Shown in pieces: positions 9,922-18,706 of a DNA stretch of 64,000 nt. The position numbers and the translations under genes were made by a program. The DNA comes from an uncultured delta proteobacterium (GTDB taxonomy: Bacteria > Desulfobacterota > Binatia > UBA9968). How positions within the stretch are numbered: position 1 is the stretch's first letter; the number at the start of each line of letters is the position of its first letter. The stretch is from contig CAVYTU010000008.1 in the NCBI GenBank assembly GCA_963771465.1, positions 256,001 through 320,000 on the forward strand, given 5' to 3'. The notes beneath the pieces are model-generated. The model did not search any database and was not told where the DNA came from. It saw nothing but the letters and a program-made list of their open reading frames with translations.

Positions 9922-11010
9922 CTACTGCTTCGAGGGCGGCGTACCCAAGTGGTTAAGGGAGAGGTCTGCAAAACCTCGATGCAGCGGTTCGAATCCGCTC
10001 GCCGCCTCCAATTTGCACTTGATATCGTTAGAGATTCCCAGTCCGCGACCTCTTCTCACCAAAAAAATGTTCCGGTTTTGTTCCAAGTTCAGCGGCGAAA
10101 CCGCATTGATCGCCTGTTTCAATTCATTGGAAACGACTTGTTCTTTCGCCCGCGCTTCGTTCACTTGAGCTTCGAACCGTTCGGTCAGCTTCGCAACGGC
10201 CAGCGCTTTGTGTTCTTGGGCGAGGTGCGTGTAGCGGTTAGTCATATTGATGGTCTTGTGGCCTAGCAGTTCCTTCACCGTGACCAAATCCACGCCGGCC
10301 ATGACCAAATGCGAGGCAAAGGTATGTCTCAGGTCGTGGAAGCGGAAATCTTCAATTTCCGCCGCTTTGCAGACCTTTTTGAAAGCATCATAGACGGTTA
10401 CCTTGCCGATCTTGTCGCCCCACGGCCACATAAACAGGTAATCGCCGTACCGGTTCTCCGTCAGCCAGTTCAACGCGTCCCTGGTCGGCTGGTTGATCGC
10501 AATGCTCTTAGGCCGAAGGGTTTTGCTTTGCACGATGGATATCACGGCGCGCTCGAAGTTGACGTTCTCCCACTTCATCGCCAACAACTCGCCTTGTCTC
10601 ATGCCGGTGTTGAGCGCCAACGTCGCCAAGGGTAAGAGCCACGGCGAAGTCACCTGCTTTTCACATTCTTGAAGCAACCGTTGAATTTCAGCGCCGCTTA
10701 GAAACCGGGTGCGCTCGCTGGTGATCGTGAAGCGTTTAACCGCGGTTGCCGGGTTCGTCTTGGTCAGATCCAACTCGACCGCTTTCTTGAACATATGCAT
10801 GATGACGGTAAGGCGCCGGTTCACGGTTGCGAGATTGAGCGTTCTCCCCTGCTCCGCTTTCCACTTTTCAATCTGCCAAGTGGTGATATCTGCCAACGGC
10901 GTGTCACCGAACACTGACGCAAATTCTTCAACGATATACTTTTCCGTTCCCCATCCGCGTTTATAGCCGCCGGCAAACTCTTTGTATTTTTCCGCCAGCT
11001 TCGTGTTAGT
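9922..11010 (-). mobile_element. Phage-type tyrosine integrase, N-terminally truncated; its C-terminus reads through tRNA-Cys on the antisense strand
   Basis: TGMRQGEL, FRFHDLRHTFAS, LLGHKT..MT.RYTH catalytic motifs; adjacent to the tRNA 3' end; 5' boundary approximate. Confidence 0.88.
9935..10010 (+). tRNA. tRNA-Cys (GCA)
   Basis: Acceptor GGCGGCG/CGCCGCC-T-CCA, anticodon arm GAGGT-CTGCAAA-ACCTC, T-loop GTTCGAATC. Confidence 0.97.
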
Positions 11011-11255
11011 CGGCATTGTCTGGCATGCACGGGTGATCTCTGGGAATCGCTCCGTGAAAGCGTTACCGCGCCGGGACCAGAGCACAACATTGCCCCGGCT
11101 GCCTTTAGCAACGAGGATCGGTAGCCATCAAGTTTGGCCTCATAGCTCCAGGCGGCGCCGTTGGGCAGCTCACGCACGGCTGAGGCAAGCATTGGCTCAA
11201 TGAATGCCGGCTTCAGTGGGAGCGCTGTAGCAACTTCTTTCGTGAGCACAACCAA
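10995..11255 (-). pseudogene. ATP-dependent DNA ligase (LigD ligase domain) N-terminal fragment, frameshifted and fused to the integrase
   Basis: FIEPMLAS...W.YEAKLDGYR (motif I KxDG), frameshift, then V.LWSRRGNAFTERFPEI; stops before the DGE motif. Confidence 0.8.
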
Positions 11256-11732
11256 TTAACCTTAACGGGCAGGAACTATCGCCGCAAGCGGGTCAAGCTG
11301 ACTCTGGCGTACTGCTACTCTCAACCCGCCAATGTGATTGAACCGTAGCGTCGTACTGTTCAATCCTCTGATATGCGTGGCGAGTTTGCCGAGCTATACC
11401 GCGGGCTGATACCTGGATAACCCGCCGCATGAGCAGCGTTTGCCCCCGAAATGATTGCAAGGTGAAGCGAGTTAATGGATATTGCAGTCTGATATGACTC
11501 CAATTTTTATGAGGTCCAGGATAACCCGCCGGAAGAGCGAATGTTGAGGCTGGATTTCGTTCTCTTGCGCACAAACCAAATTAGGTCGATTAGCCGCGAT
11601 ATCTCCTCAGTGTCGGCGTCAACGATCACAGTCATGGGTTTAGGATTGGGTCTTTTGGGCATTGTCGGTTGAGCTTCTTTTCATCGTAGAAATGGCCGCC
11701 GATCGGTTCGTCGGTCTTCTTCTCATGAGCGG

Positions 11733-12122
11733 CTAAAATTTTTCAATCAGCCAGGTTACAGCGGACTTTGAATCGTAAAAGGCGGCAACCTTGCAGCCCC
11801 GGTTCGATAGAGAGGCGGCTAGCAGTGTGAGTGGAATGCGCTGCTTCATCTGGGGGGTCGAGACCAAAGCAATTTTGGGATTGATGGGCAATAGGTCGGG
11901 AGTGATTGCACTCACGAAGGCTTTGATGTCCATGGGGTCTAGATCGTAGGTGGCATCGACGAGATCGATCAGCACCTTGGAATCGGAAAGCGACGCGGTT
12001 ATCTTCCCTACTTTGCTAAACATCTGCTTGAATCCATCGATGATGTCGACGAACCCGCGGACGATCAGAATGACGTGATCGCCGCGCTCGGGCCAGTGAT
12101 ATAATTTTACCTGGTAGTTCAT
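11733..12122 (-). CDS. Hypothetical STAS/SpoIIAA-like small protein
   Basis: KVLIDL, KIALVS, VAAFYDSKSAVTWL pattern; GAGGAG RBS. Confidence 0.6.
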   Translation of the reverse strand: MNYQVKLYHWPERGDHVILIVRGFVDIIDGFKQMFSKVGKITASLSDSKVLIDLVDATYDLDPMDIKAFVSAITPDLLPINPKIALVSTPQMKQRIPLTLLAASLSNRGCKVAAFYDSKSAVTWLIEKF

Positions 12123-12222
12123 GATTTACTCCTCGCTACCAGATAGATAACGCTCCGCGCGGTTTTGGTCTTGACACTAAACGACAGTCAATTGACACCT
12201 GGAACCAATCGGCGCTAAGGAA

Positions 12223-12462
12223 GTGGCGAAGGAACTCGCACGTGCACGCAAACCCATGATTTCCTTGGCCATGACCAAGGGGCTCGTCGAAGCGATCGCC
12301 GGCAGAGGCGTCAGTCCGGAGCCGATCCTGCGCGAGTTCGGACTCGATCCTTCCAACTTGATCGATCCTGAAGGCTTTATTGCCACCGCAAAAGTGGCAC
12401 TGCTCTTGGAGGAAGCCGCGCGCGCCACCGGCGATGACTTTTTCAGACTGCATTTCGGTGCA
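12223..12462 (+). pseudogene. AraC-family regulator N-terminal (ligand-binding) fragment
   Basis: GV.PEPILREFGLD...L.DPEGFI....LLEEAARATGDDFF.LHFG; no HTH follows. Confidence 0.65.
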
Positions 12463-12688
12463 GGCTTGCGGCGAGCACCCTCTTCTTATGAGGGTTCACC
12501 TTGACGATGGTCCAGACCGGAAGCAAACTGTTGCCGAGTTTTTTGCCGAAGCTTCCGTGCCGCCGCAGCTTTTGGCGATTCGAGGACATGATGCGCTATG
12601 TCTAAAAACGGGTAAGAAGTTTAATTTAGAAAGCGATGACCAACTGTTTCTCGTGCCGACAACCTTCGTCGAAAAGCGATTGAGTTGA
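12460..12688 (+). pseudogene. Fragment of a small hypothetical protein (CGEHPL..HLDDGPDRKQ..ALCLKTG)
   Basis: Protein-like reading frame abutting the AraC fragment, with no clear start. Confidence 0.35.
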
Positions 12689-12767
12689 CACCGGGCTTGA
12701 GATATCGCCCCGATCAGAATATAGGCGATATAGATGAAAACGGCGAAATCAAATTCTCTGGCACTCA

Positions 12768-12950
12768 TTGATAGGTGAACGCATGTTCGACTCGGCGGGA
12801 CAAATCAGCGATCGACTATTATTTCTCAGACGACTCCGCGAACTAACCGCAGAGGGGATCGAGCAACAGTTTGCCGATCAACAGCAAGCGTGGAAGCTAC
12901 TGCTCGAAGAAGAAAAACCGAGCGACCATCGAAAGAATCGCGACGTGTAA
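12768..12950 (+). CDS. Small hypothetical protein
   Basis: 60 aa ORF with helical composition; no motif recognised. Confidence 0.3.
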   Translation: MIGERMFDSAGQISDRLLFLRRLRELTAEGIEQQFADQQQAWKLLLEEEKPSDHRKNRDV

Positions 12951-13076
12951 GATCCCGGGAGTTTTCGAGACGGAATTGAATTCTAACGCGTCGCAGGCCT
13001 TGCAACGCCATCGTACTAATTGAACTAAATTCTCCGTCCGTCAAAGGTCGTCACTATCAGCGGCTTACGATACCCG

Positions 13077-13116
13077 CTGCGCAGTTTATGGGGTCCTGTT
13101 GAGCGCCTTGTTAAGT
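13077..13116 (-). other. Truncated attC-like site (left arm only)
   Basis: Minus strand ACTTAAC (R'' RYYYAAC)-AAGGCG-CTCAAC...ACCCCATAAA-CTGCGCAG; no matching right arm. Confidence 0.45.
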
Positions 13117-13589
13117 GGCATTTTCTTGACTAACGGATAATCACCAATGATGCGACCTACATGCTTCGGAGCACCATTAGAAACATAGCCGTTACGCTCG
13201 TAAAATGCTTTGGCTGAGATAGTGCTCACCACGTCTATATGATCTTTACCAGAAGCGATCGCGTGGGTCTCTAGCGCCTGAAGCATCCCTTTGCCAATAC
13301 CTCGATGTAATACCTCGGGAAGAACATAATTGAGCATGATTTCACAGCCAGAAATGCTCGCAAAACCGACGACAAGACCTTTACCATTCATCGCCACGAC
13401 GCAATAGGTTCGGTCCGATTCGATCCATCGCTGGACATTGGTGAGCGTCTTATTCTCAAGCCATTGAGCTAGAATCTCTTTATCGTTCTCATAGTATGGG
13501 GCACAGATTTCCGTGATCGAGCGCACCAATACGGAGCATGCTGCTTCAGCGTCCTTTGGAGTTGCCTCTCGAATGGTAGTATCGCCCAA
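13086..13589 (-). CDS. GNAT family N-acetyltransferase, integron-cassette-like
   Basis: IREATPKDA, YVLPEVLHRGIGKGMLQALE, AKAFYERNGY; C-terminus PLNKALNRT overlaps an attC-like arm. Confidence 0.88.
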   Translation of the reverse strand: MGDTTIREATPKDAEAACSVLVRSITEICAPYYENDKEILAQWLENKTLTNVQRWIESDRTYCVVAMNGKGLVVGFASISGCEIMLNYVLPEVLHRGIGKGMLQALETHAIASGKDHIDVVSTISAKAFYERNGYVSNGAPKHVGRIIGDYPLVKKMPLNKALNRTP

Positions 13590-13865
13590 GTTACTGATGC
13601 CTCATAATTATTAAGTAAGCCGCCGTAGCAGTCGACAAATCCGGTCGCCTATCTCCGACTGGACCGCAGCATATTTTGTCCGCACGATTAGAGTCAAACT
13701 TTATAATCGATGTAGGATTGAACTGTAAAGTGCTTCAGCTCAATGGAGTGCGATCCTGCGGCCAAACTAGTCTTTTCCCCTCAACAAATCTGATTCGTCT
13801 TCTAGTCATTAATCCGTTTCGGAAATACGGTCCGCGTGATAAGTCTACTCAGGAAAAGGCGGGCA

Positions 13866-14852
13866 ATGAAGAAAACGGCGCTCCTATCCATCCTGATCGT
13901 CGCGGTGCAGCTTACTATTGGAGTTGTAGCCGAAGCGCAGCAGCCAACAAAAATCCCTCGGATTGGATACCTGGCTCCTGCTTCGCTATCTGCCCTCGCG
14001 GCCCGCACCGAGGCATTCCGGCAAGGCCTGCGCGAGCTTGGGTACGTGGAGGGGAAAAATGTCATTATTGAGTGGCGATCTGCGGAGGGAAAACTCGATC
14101 GGCTGCCCGCTCTCGCGGCCGAGCTAGTGCGTCTCAAGGTGGACGTCATTGTGACAACTGGCCCGACAGCGACTCGTCCTGCCAAGGAAGCAACTTTATC
14201 GATTCCCATTGTCATGGCGCAGGATATCGATCCTGTTGGAACCGGTTTCGTCGCCAGCCTGGCAAGACCGGGTGGGAACATTACTGGATTGTCCAGCCTT
14301 GCTCCGGAGATAAGCGGAAAACAACTCGAGCTTCTGAAGGAAACCGTTCCTAAACTATCGCGTGCGGCGGTCCTCTGGGCATCATCCAACCCGGCCAACG
14401 CGGGAATGTTAAGAGAAATGGAACGCGCCGCAGCGGCGTTCGGAGTAAAGCTTCAATCTCTAGACGTATTAGCTCGCAAGGATTTTCAGATTGCATTCAG
14501 AGCAGCAACCAAGGAGCGCGCTGACGCGGTCCTCGTGTTGCAAAACGGTGTCGCTGCTGCGCACCGAACAGAGATTGCAGAACTTGCGATAAAGAGCCGG
14601 CTTCCGGCGATATATCCCAGGTTGGAATTTGTGGAAGACGGCGGGCTAATGAGCTACGGGGCGAGCTTTACCGATATGGACCGGCGCGCCGCTACTTATG
14701 TGGACAAGATTCTGAAAGGCCGTAAGCCCGCCGATCTCCCTGTAGAGCAGCCGATGAAGTTCGAGTTCATCATAAATCTCAAAGCGGCGAAACAGATCGG
14801 CCTTACGATTCCACAGTGGACGCTGATGAAGGCGGACAAGGTAATCAAGTAA
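13866..14852 (+). CDS. ABC transporter substrate-binding protein (ABC_sub_bind type), orphan
   Basis: RIGYL, FRQGLRELGYVEGKN, SLARPGGNITG, GGLMSYG, KPADLPVEQP.KFE..INLK.AK. Confidence 0.92.
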   Translation: MKKTALLSILIVAVQLTIGVVAEAQQPTKIPRIGYLAPASLSALAARTEAFRQGLRELGYVEGKNVIIEWRSAEGKLDRLPALAAELVRLKVDVIVTTGPTATRPAKEATLSIPIVMAQDIDPVGTGFVASLARPGGNITGLSSLAPEISGKQLELLKETVPKLSRAAVLWASSNPANAGMLREMERAAAAFGVKLQSLDVLARKDFQIAFRAATKERADAVLVLQNGVAAAHRTEIAELAIKSRLPAIYPRLEFVEDGGLMSYGASFTDMDRRAATYVDKILKGRKPADLPVEQPMKFEFIINLKAAKQIGLTIPQWTLMKADKVIK

Positions 14853-14932
14853 CCGCGCGGCGCTACAATCACAAAAAGGCACGGTAACCACGGTGACAAA
14901 TCTGATTAAGCATTTAGATTAGCGCCTGCGCG

Positions 14933-15193
14933 TTAAGGGCCGGCTCCGAGCAACGGATCGAGCTTGCCGCTAACATCCAATCGGCGCATGTCGTCGTAAC
15001 CGCCGATCGGCTGACCGTCGATGAATATCTGCGGCACCGTCCAGCGTTGCGACAGGCGCTCCATTTCGGCTCGCTTGGCCGGATCGTCGGTCACGTCGAT
15101 CTCTTCGAACTGCACATTTTTGGCGCGCAAAAAGGCCTTTGCGCCAGTGCAATATGGACAATAGCTCGTCGTGTAGATGACCACATGGGCCAT
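14933..15193 (-). CDS. grxC: Glutaredoxin 3
   Basis: CPYC, TVPQIFIDGQPIGGYDD. Confidence 0.93.
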   Translation of the reverse strand: MAHVVIYTTSYCPYCTGAKAFLRAKNVQFEEIDVTDDPAKRAEMERLSQRWTVPQIFIDGQPIGGYDDMRRLDVSGKLDPLLGAGP

Positions 15194-15279
15194 GTTGGCT
15201 CTTCCTTACTAATTATCCATCCGCGATCATTTTAGCCGGTTTGCTTGAAAGCCACTAGCGATTTTGCAATTACTGTGAC

Positions 15280-15876
15280 GTGAAATTAGTTGGCCTAACC
15301 GGCGGCATCGCGTCTGGAAAGTCCACCGTCGCAAAGATGCTCGAGCGTCTCGGCGCGGCGATCGTCGATGCCGACGTGCTCTCCCGGGAAGTCGTCGAGC
15401 CCGGCCAAGCCGCCTGGGTTGATATCGTTGCCGCCTTCGGAAACGGGGTTTTGCAATCGGATCAAACCCTCGACCGGCAAAAACTGCGCACGATCATTTT
15501 CAATAATCCGGCCGCGCGAAAACAACTCGAAGCGATCATCCACCCGCGCGTGCGCGCCCTGGCCGAGCAGAGAATACGCGAGCGCAGCGAAGCCGGCTAC
15601 GCCGTAGTCATCTATGTCGTACCGCTGCTCTTCGAGGGCAATCTGCAAGACGGTCTTCGCCCGGTCATTCTTGTCGCCTGTGATGTCAACGTCCAACGTC
15701 AGCGCTTAGTCGAGCGCGATCAACTTGATCGAACCGCCGCGCAAAAGCATATCGAAGCGCAAATGAGCTTGGAAGAGAAACGGCGCTTGGCTGACTATGT
15801 GATCGAAAATAACGGCAGCCTCGATGACCTCGAACGGCAAGTTGGTGAAGTCTTAGCAAAAATCCAAACTACTTAA
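15280..15876 (+). CDS. coaE: Dephospho-CoA kinase
   Basis: GLTGGIASGKSTV, DAD, LEAIIHPRV, ADYVIENNG. Confidence 0.95.
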   Translation: MKLVGLTGGIASGKSTVAKMLERLGAAIVDADVLSREVVEPGQAAWVDIVAAFGNGVLQSDQTLDRQKLRTIIFNNPAARKQLEAIIHPRVRALAEQRIRERSEAGYAVVIYVVPLLFEGNLQDGLRPVILVACDVNVQRQRLVERDQLDRTAAQKHIEAQMSLEEKRRLADYVIENNGSLDDLERQVGEVLAKIQTT

Positions 15877-16429
15877 CTCGCTCCTGATAGGAGCCGTCGG
15901 TTGGATCGACCCGCACCTTGTCGCCCACCTGGACGAATGGCGGCACCTGAACCACAACGCCGGTTTCTAACTTCGCCGGCTTATACGACGCGCTCGCAGT
16001 GGCGCCCTTCATCGAAGGTTCGGTATCGACGACTTCCAAATCCACCGTCGACGGCGGATTGATGCCGACTGGTTTGCCGTCATGAAACTCGATGCCGACG
16101 ATTGAGTTGGGCAACAAGAAAGCAAGCAGGTCGCCGATATCGCTGGCGCTCAACGCGAGTTGCTCGTAATTCTCGGTGTCCATGAAAGTATGCATGTCGC
16201 CTTCGGCGTAAAGATACTGCATCTGGCGGTTGTCCAAAATCGCCTGGTCGACGCGATCTTCCGAGCGGAATTTGTATTCAGTGCCGATCCCGGTGCGCAG
16301 GTTTTTCATCTTGGTCTGCATGAAGCCGCGCTTGTTGCCTGGCGTTAAGTGATGCACGGCGGTGACCCGAAATAGGTCGCCGGCGTGGATGATGATCATA
16401 CCTGGTCTAAGTTGAGTTGCCTGAACCAT
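15869..16429 (-). CDS. efp: Translation elongation factor P
   Basis: QYLY, FMDTENYEQ, KPAKLETG..VQVPPFV; tip loop TPGNKRG. Confidence 0.95.
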   Translation of the reverse strand: MVQATQLRPGMIIIHAGDLFRVTAVHHLTPGNKRGFMQTKMKNLRTGIGTEYKFRSEDRVDQAILDNRQMQYLYAEGDMHTFMDTENYEQLALSASDIGDLLAFLLPNSIVGIEFHDGKPVGINPPSTVDLEVVDTEPSMKGATASASYKPAKLETGVVVQVPPFVQVGDKVRVDPTDGSYQERVK

Positions 16430-16525
16430 CTAGCCGTACCTTCCTACGAAAAGTGTAAGATTGTTAGCAGTTTATCTGTCTTGCTTCAATCCAGGCGATT
16501 CGCCGCGCAACGTGTCGCAAGCCAG

Positions 16526-17785
16526 TTACGCGTAAAGACCGCGCCAAAGCATCGCCCGGCTGACGCGCTCGATACCGATCATCAGCGCCGCCTGGCGCAT
16601 GTCGACATTCTGTTTGCGGCTCATGTCGAGCACTTCGTAAAATGCTTTGATCAAAATATCCCGCAATTTTTTATTGACCTCATCCTCATTCCAGAAAAAA
16701 TTTTGCAGATCTTGCACCCACTCAAAGTAAGACACCACCACGCCGCCGGCATTGGCCAAAATATCGGGGATCAGAAAAATTCCCTTATCCCGGATAATAG
16801 CGTCGGCCTCCGGCGTCGTTGGACCGTTAGCGCCTTCGGCGAGAATACGGCACTGCACGCGCGGCGCATTGGCGGCGCTGATCTGCATCTCCAGTGCCGC
16901 AGGAATCAACACATCACACTTAAGCTCCAATACTTCGGTATTGCTGATCTTATCGCCGTAAGGACAACCCTCCAGACTGTGATTCTTGTCAGCGACTTCA
17001 AGCAGCTTGTCGACCGGCAAGCCATTGATATCGACGAAGCCGCCGGTGCGGTCCGACACACCGATCACCTTGACGCCGATATTGGCCAGCTCTTTTACCG
17101 CGATGGAACCGACATTGCCGAATCCCTGCACCACGGCGGTGCACTTGGATAGATCGATGGCCAAATGTTTCGCGGCTTCGATAATCATGTACACGACGCC
17201 GCGTCCGGTTGCTTCGCGTCGGCCGAGCGTGCCACCGATCGCGACCGGTTTGCCGGTGACGATTTCCGGCACGGCGTGTCCCTTATGCTGCGAGTAGGTG
17301 TCCATGATCCATGCCATCACCTGCTCATTGGTGCCCATGTCAGGCGCGGGAATGTCGACCTCCGGTCCGATAAAATTTAGCAACTCCGCGGTGAAGCGCC
17401 GGGTCATCGATTGCAGCTCGTTGCGCGACAGCTCCGCGGGGTCGCAGGCGATGCCGCCTTTGGCGCCGCCCAACGGCAGGCCGACCAATGAACATTTCCA
17501 AGTCATCCACATGGCGAGAGCCGAAACCTCGCCGAGATTGACCGCGGGATGATAGCGAATTCCGCCTTTGAACGGACCGAGCACGTCGTTGTGCTGCACG
17601 CGGTAGCCGGTAAATACATGCACCCGGCCATCGTCCATGCGGGTCGGCACGCTGACGATCATCGCCCGATCCGGCCGGCGTAACCGCGCCGCTAAGTTCG
17701 GATCGACGCTGAGTTTTTTCGCCGCGACATCGAACTGCTGGACCGCCATGTCGCTGGTAGCGCTGCGCCATTCATCGGTCGCCAT
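16526..17785 (-). CDS. gdhA: Glutamate (Glu/Leu/Phe/Val) dehydrogenase
   Basis: GPFKGGIRYHP, GGAKGG, DIPAPDMGT, QGFGNVG, EGANGP, ANAGGVVVSYFEW. Confidence 0.95.
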   Translation of the reverse strand: MATDEWRSATSDMAVQQFDVAAKKLSVDPNLAARLRRPDRAMIVSVPTRMDDGRVHVFTGYRVQHNDVLGPFKGGIRYHPAVNLGEVSALAMWMTWKCSLVGLPLGGAKGGIACDPAELSRNELQSMTRRFTAELLNFIGPEVDIPAPDMGTNEQVMAWIMDTYSQHKGHAVPEIVTGKPVAIGGTLGRREATGRGVVYMIIEAAKHLAIDLSKCTAVVQGFGNVGSIAVKELANIGVKVIGVSDRTGGFVDINGLPVDKLLEVADKNHSLEGCPYGDKISNTEVLELKCDVLIPAALEMQISAANAPRVQCRILAEGANGPTTPEADAIIRDKGIFLIPDILANAGGVVVSYFEWVQDLQNFFWNEDEVNKKLRDILIKAFYEVLDMSRKQNVDMRQAALMIGIERVSRAMLWRGLYA

Positions 17786-17808
17786 GAAGCCCCCTGCTAA
17801 TTTTTAAT

Positions 17809-17836
17809 TTTAGATTTTCGATTCTGGATTTGGGAT
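17809..17836. repeat. Degenerate 7-bp tandem repeat (TTTAGAT TTTCGAT TCTGGAT TTGGGAT)
   Basis: Four heptamer units in the gdhA-hinT intergenic region. Confidence 0.6.
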
Positions 17837-17936
17837 TCTTGCGCCGTTGCGAGAGCTGTCGCGCAGTTTCGACAGTGGTCATTACGCTGGAGCCGTCAAA
17901 CAGATTACGTTCCGCGTGATCAACCCGAAATCGCTC

Positions 17937-18281
17937 TCACCCTGGCGGCCAGCCCAACTGCCGCCCACCCAACAGGTGATAGTGTATGTGTAAGACACTT
18001 TGGCCGGCATCGGCGCCGGAATTGACCACCACACGATAACCGCTCTCCGCAATACCCTGCTCGCGGGCAAGCTTTGCCGCGACTTGAAAGATGTCGCCGA
18101 TCAGCGCGCGGTCGGCCGCGGCAATATCCGACACACTGGCCACATGTTTCCGCGGTATGATGAGAATATGCACCGGCGCCCTCGGCGCGATGTCACTGAA
18201 AGCCACGACGGCGTCGTCTTGATAGACTAGATTCGCCTTAACGCTGCCATCAACGATGCCGCAAAATAAACAGTCGCTCAT
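17937..18281 (-). CDS. hinT: Histidine triad nucleotide-binding protein
   Basis: DCLFC, AGQSVLHIHYHLLGGR, WPPG. Confidence 0.93.
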   Translation of the reverse strand: MSDCLFCGIVDGSVKANLVYQDDAVVAFSDIAPRAPVHILIIPRKHVASVSDIAAADRALIGDIFQVAAKLAREQGIAESGYRVVVNSGADAGQSVLHIHYHLLGGRQLGWPPG

Positions 18282-18317
18282 GATTCGATCCTCGAAATTT
18301 TTAAGCGCCAAACTCTC

Positions 18318-18692
18318 TCACTCGTCGTCCGTCGCGCCGGGCAGACGCGCGTAGATTTGGCCGTCGTCGATCACGATGGGCAGGCTTTGCAACGACAGGC
18401 CCACGCAGGGGCCCCAGACACACTCTCCCGACGGCGGTTCGAAAACCGCGCCATGGGTGGCGCACATGATGTAGCGATTATCCGAGCTGAAGAACTGATT
18501 GTTGACCCAGTCGAGCGTTATACCGGTGTGAGGACAACGATTGACGTAGGCGAAATGATTGCCCTGGTAGTTCACCAGCAGCGCTTCGAAATCACGCCCG
18601 CCGCGCCGCATGGTGAACTTCTTGGTCGTGCCGTGTTCGAGTTCGCCCAGTGTGGCAACTCGCTTACCCGCCGGTTTTTTCGTGGCCGTCAT
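18318..18692 (-). CDS. Rieske [2Fe-2S] ferredoxin
   Basis: NRCPH...CATHGAVF..GEC..GPC. Confidence 0.9.
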   Translation of the reverse strand: MTATKKPAGKRVATLGELEHGTTKKFTMRRGGRDFEALLVNYQGNHFAYVNRCPHTGITLDWVNNQFFSSDNRYIMCATHGAVFEPPSGECVWGPCVGLSLQSLPIVIDDGQIYARLPGATDDE

Positions 18693-18706
18693 AATCTATT
18701 TTTACC

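Noticed and set aside
13597-13620. dif-like site ATGCCTCATAA-TTA-TTAAGTAAGC
   Set aside because: The arms resemble XerC/XerD boxes but the spacer is 3 bp rather than 6; the shared 12-mer at 58203 is expected by chance.
10011-14930. attR direct repeat of the tRNA-Cys 3' end
   Set aside because: Searched by eye and not found, so the islet's far boundary is inferred only from the return to core genes.
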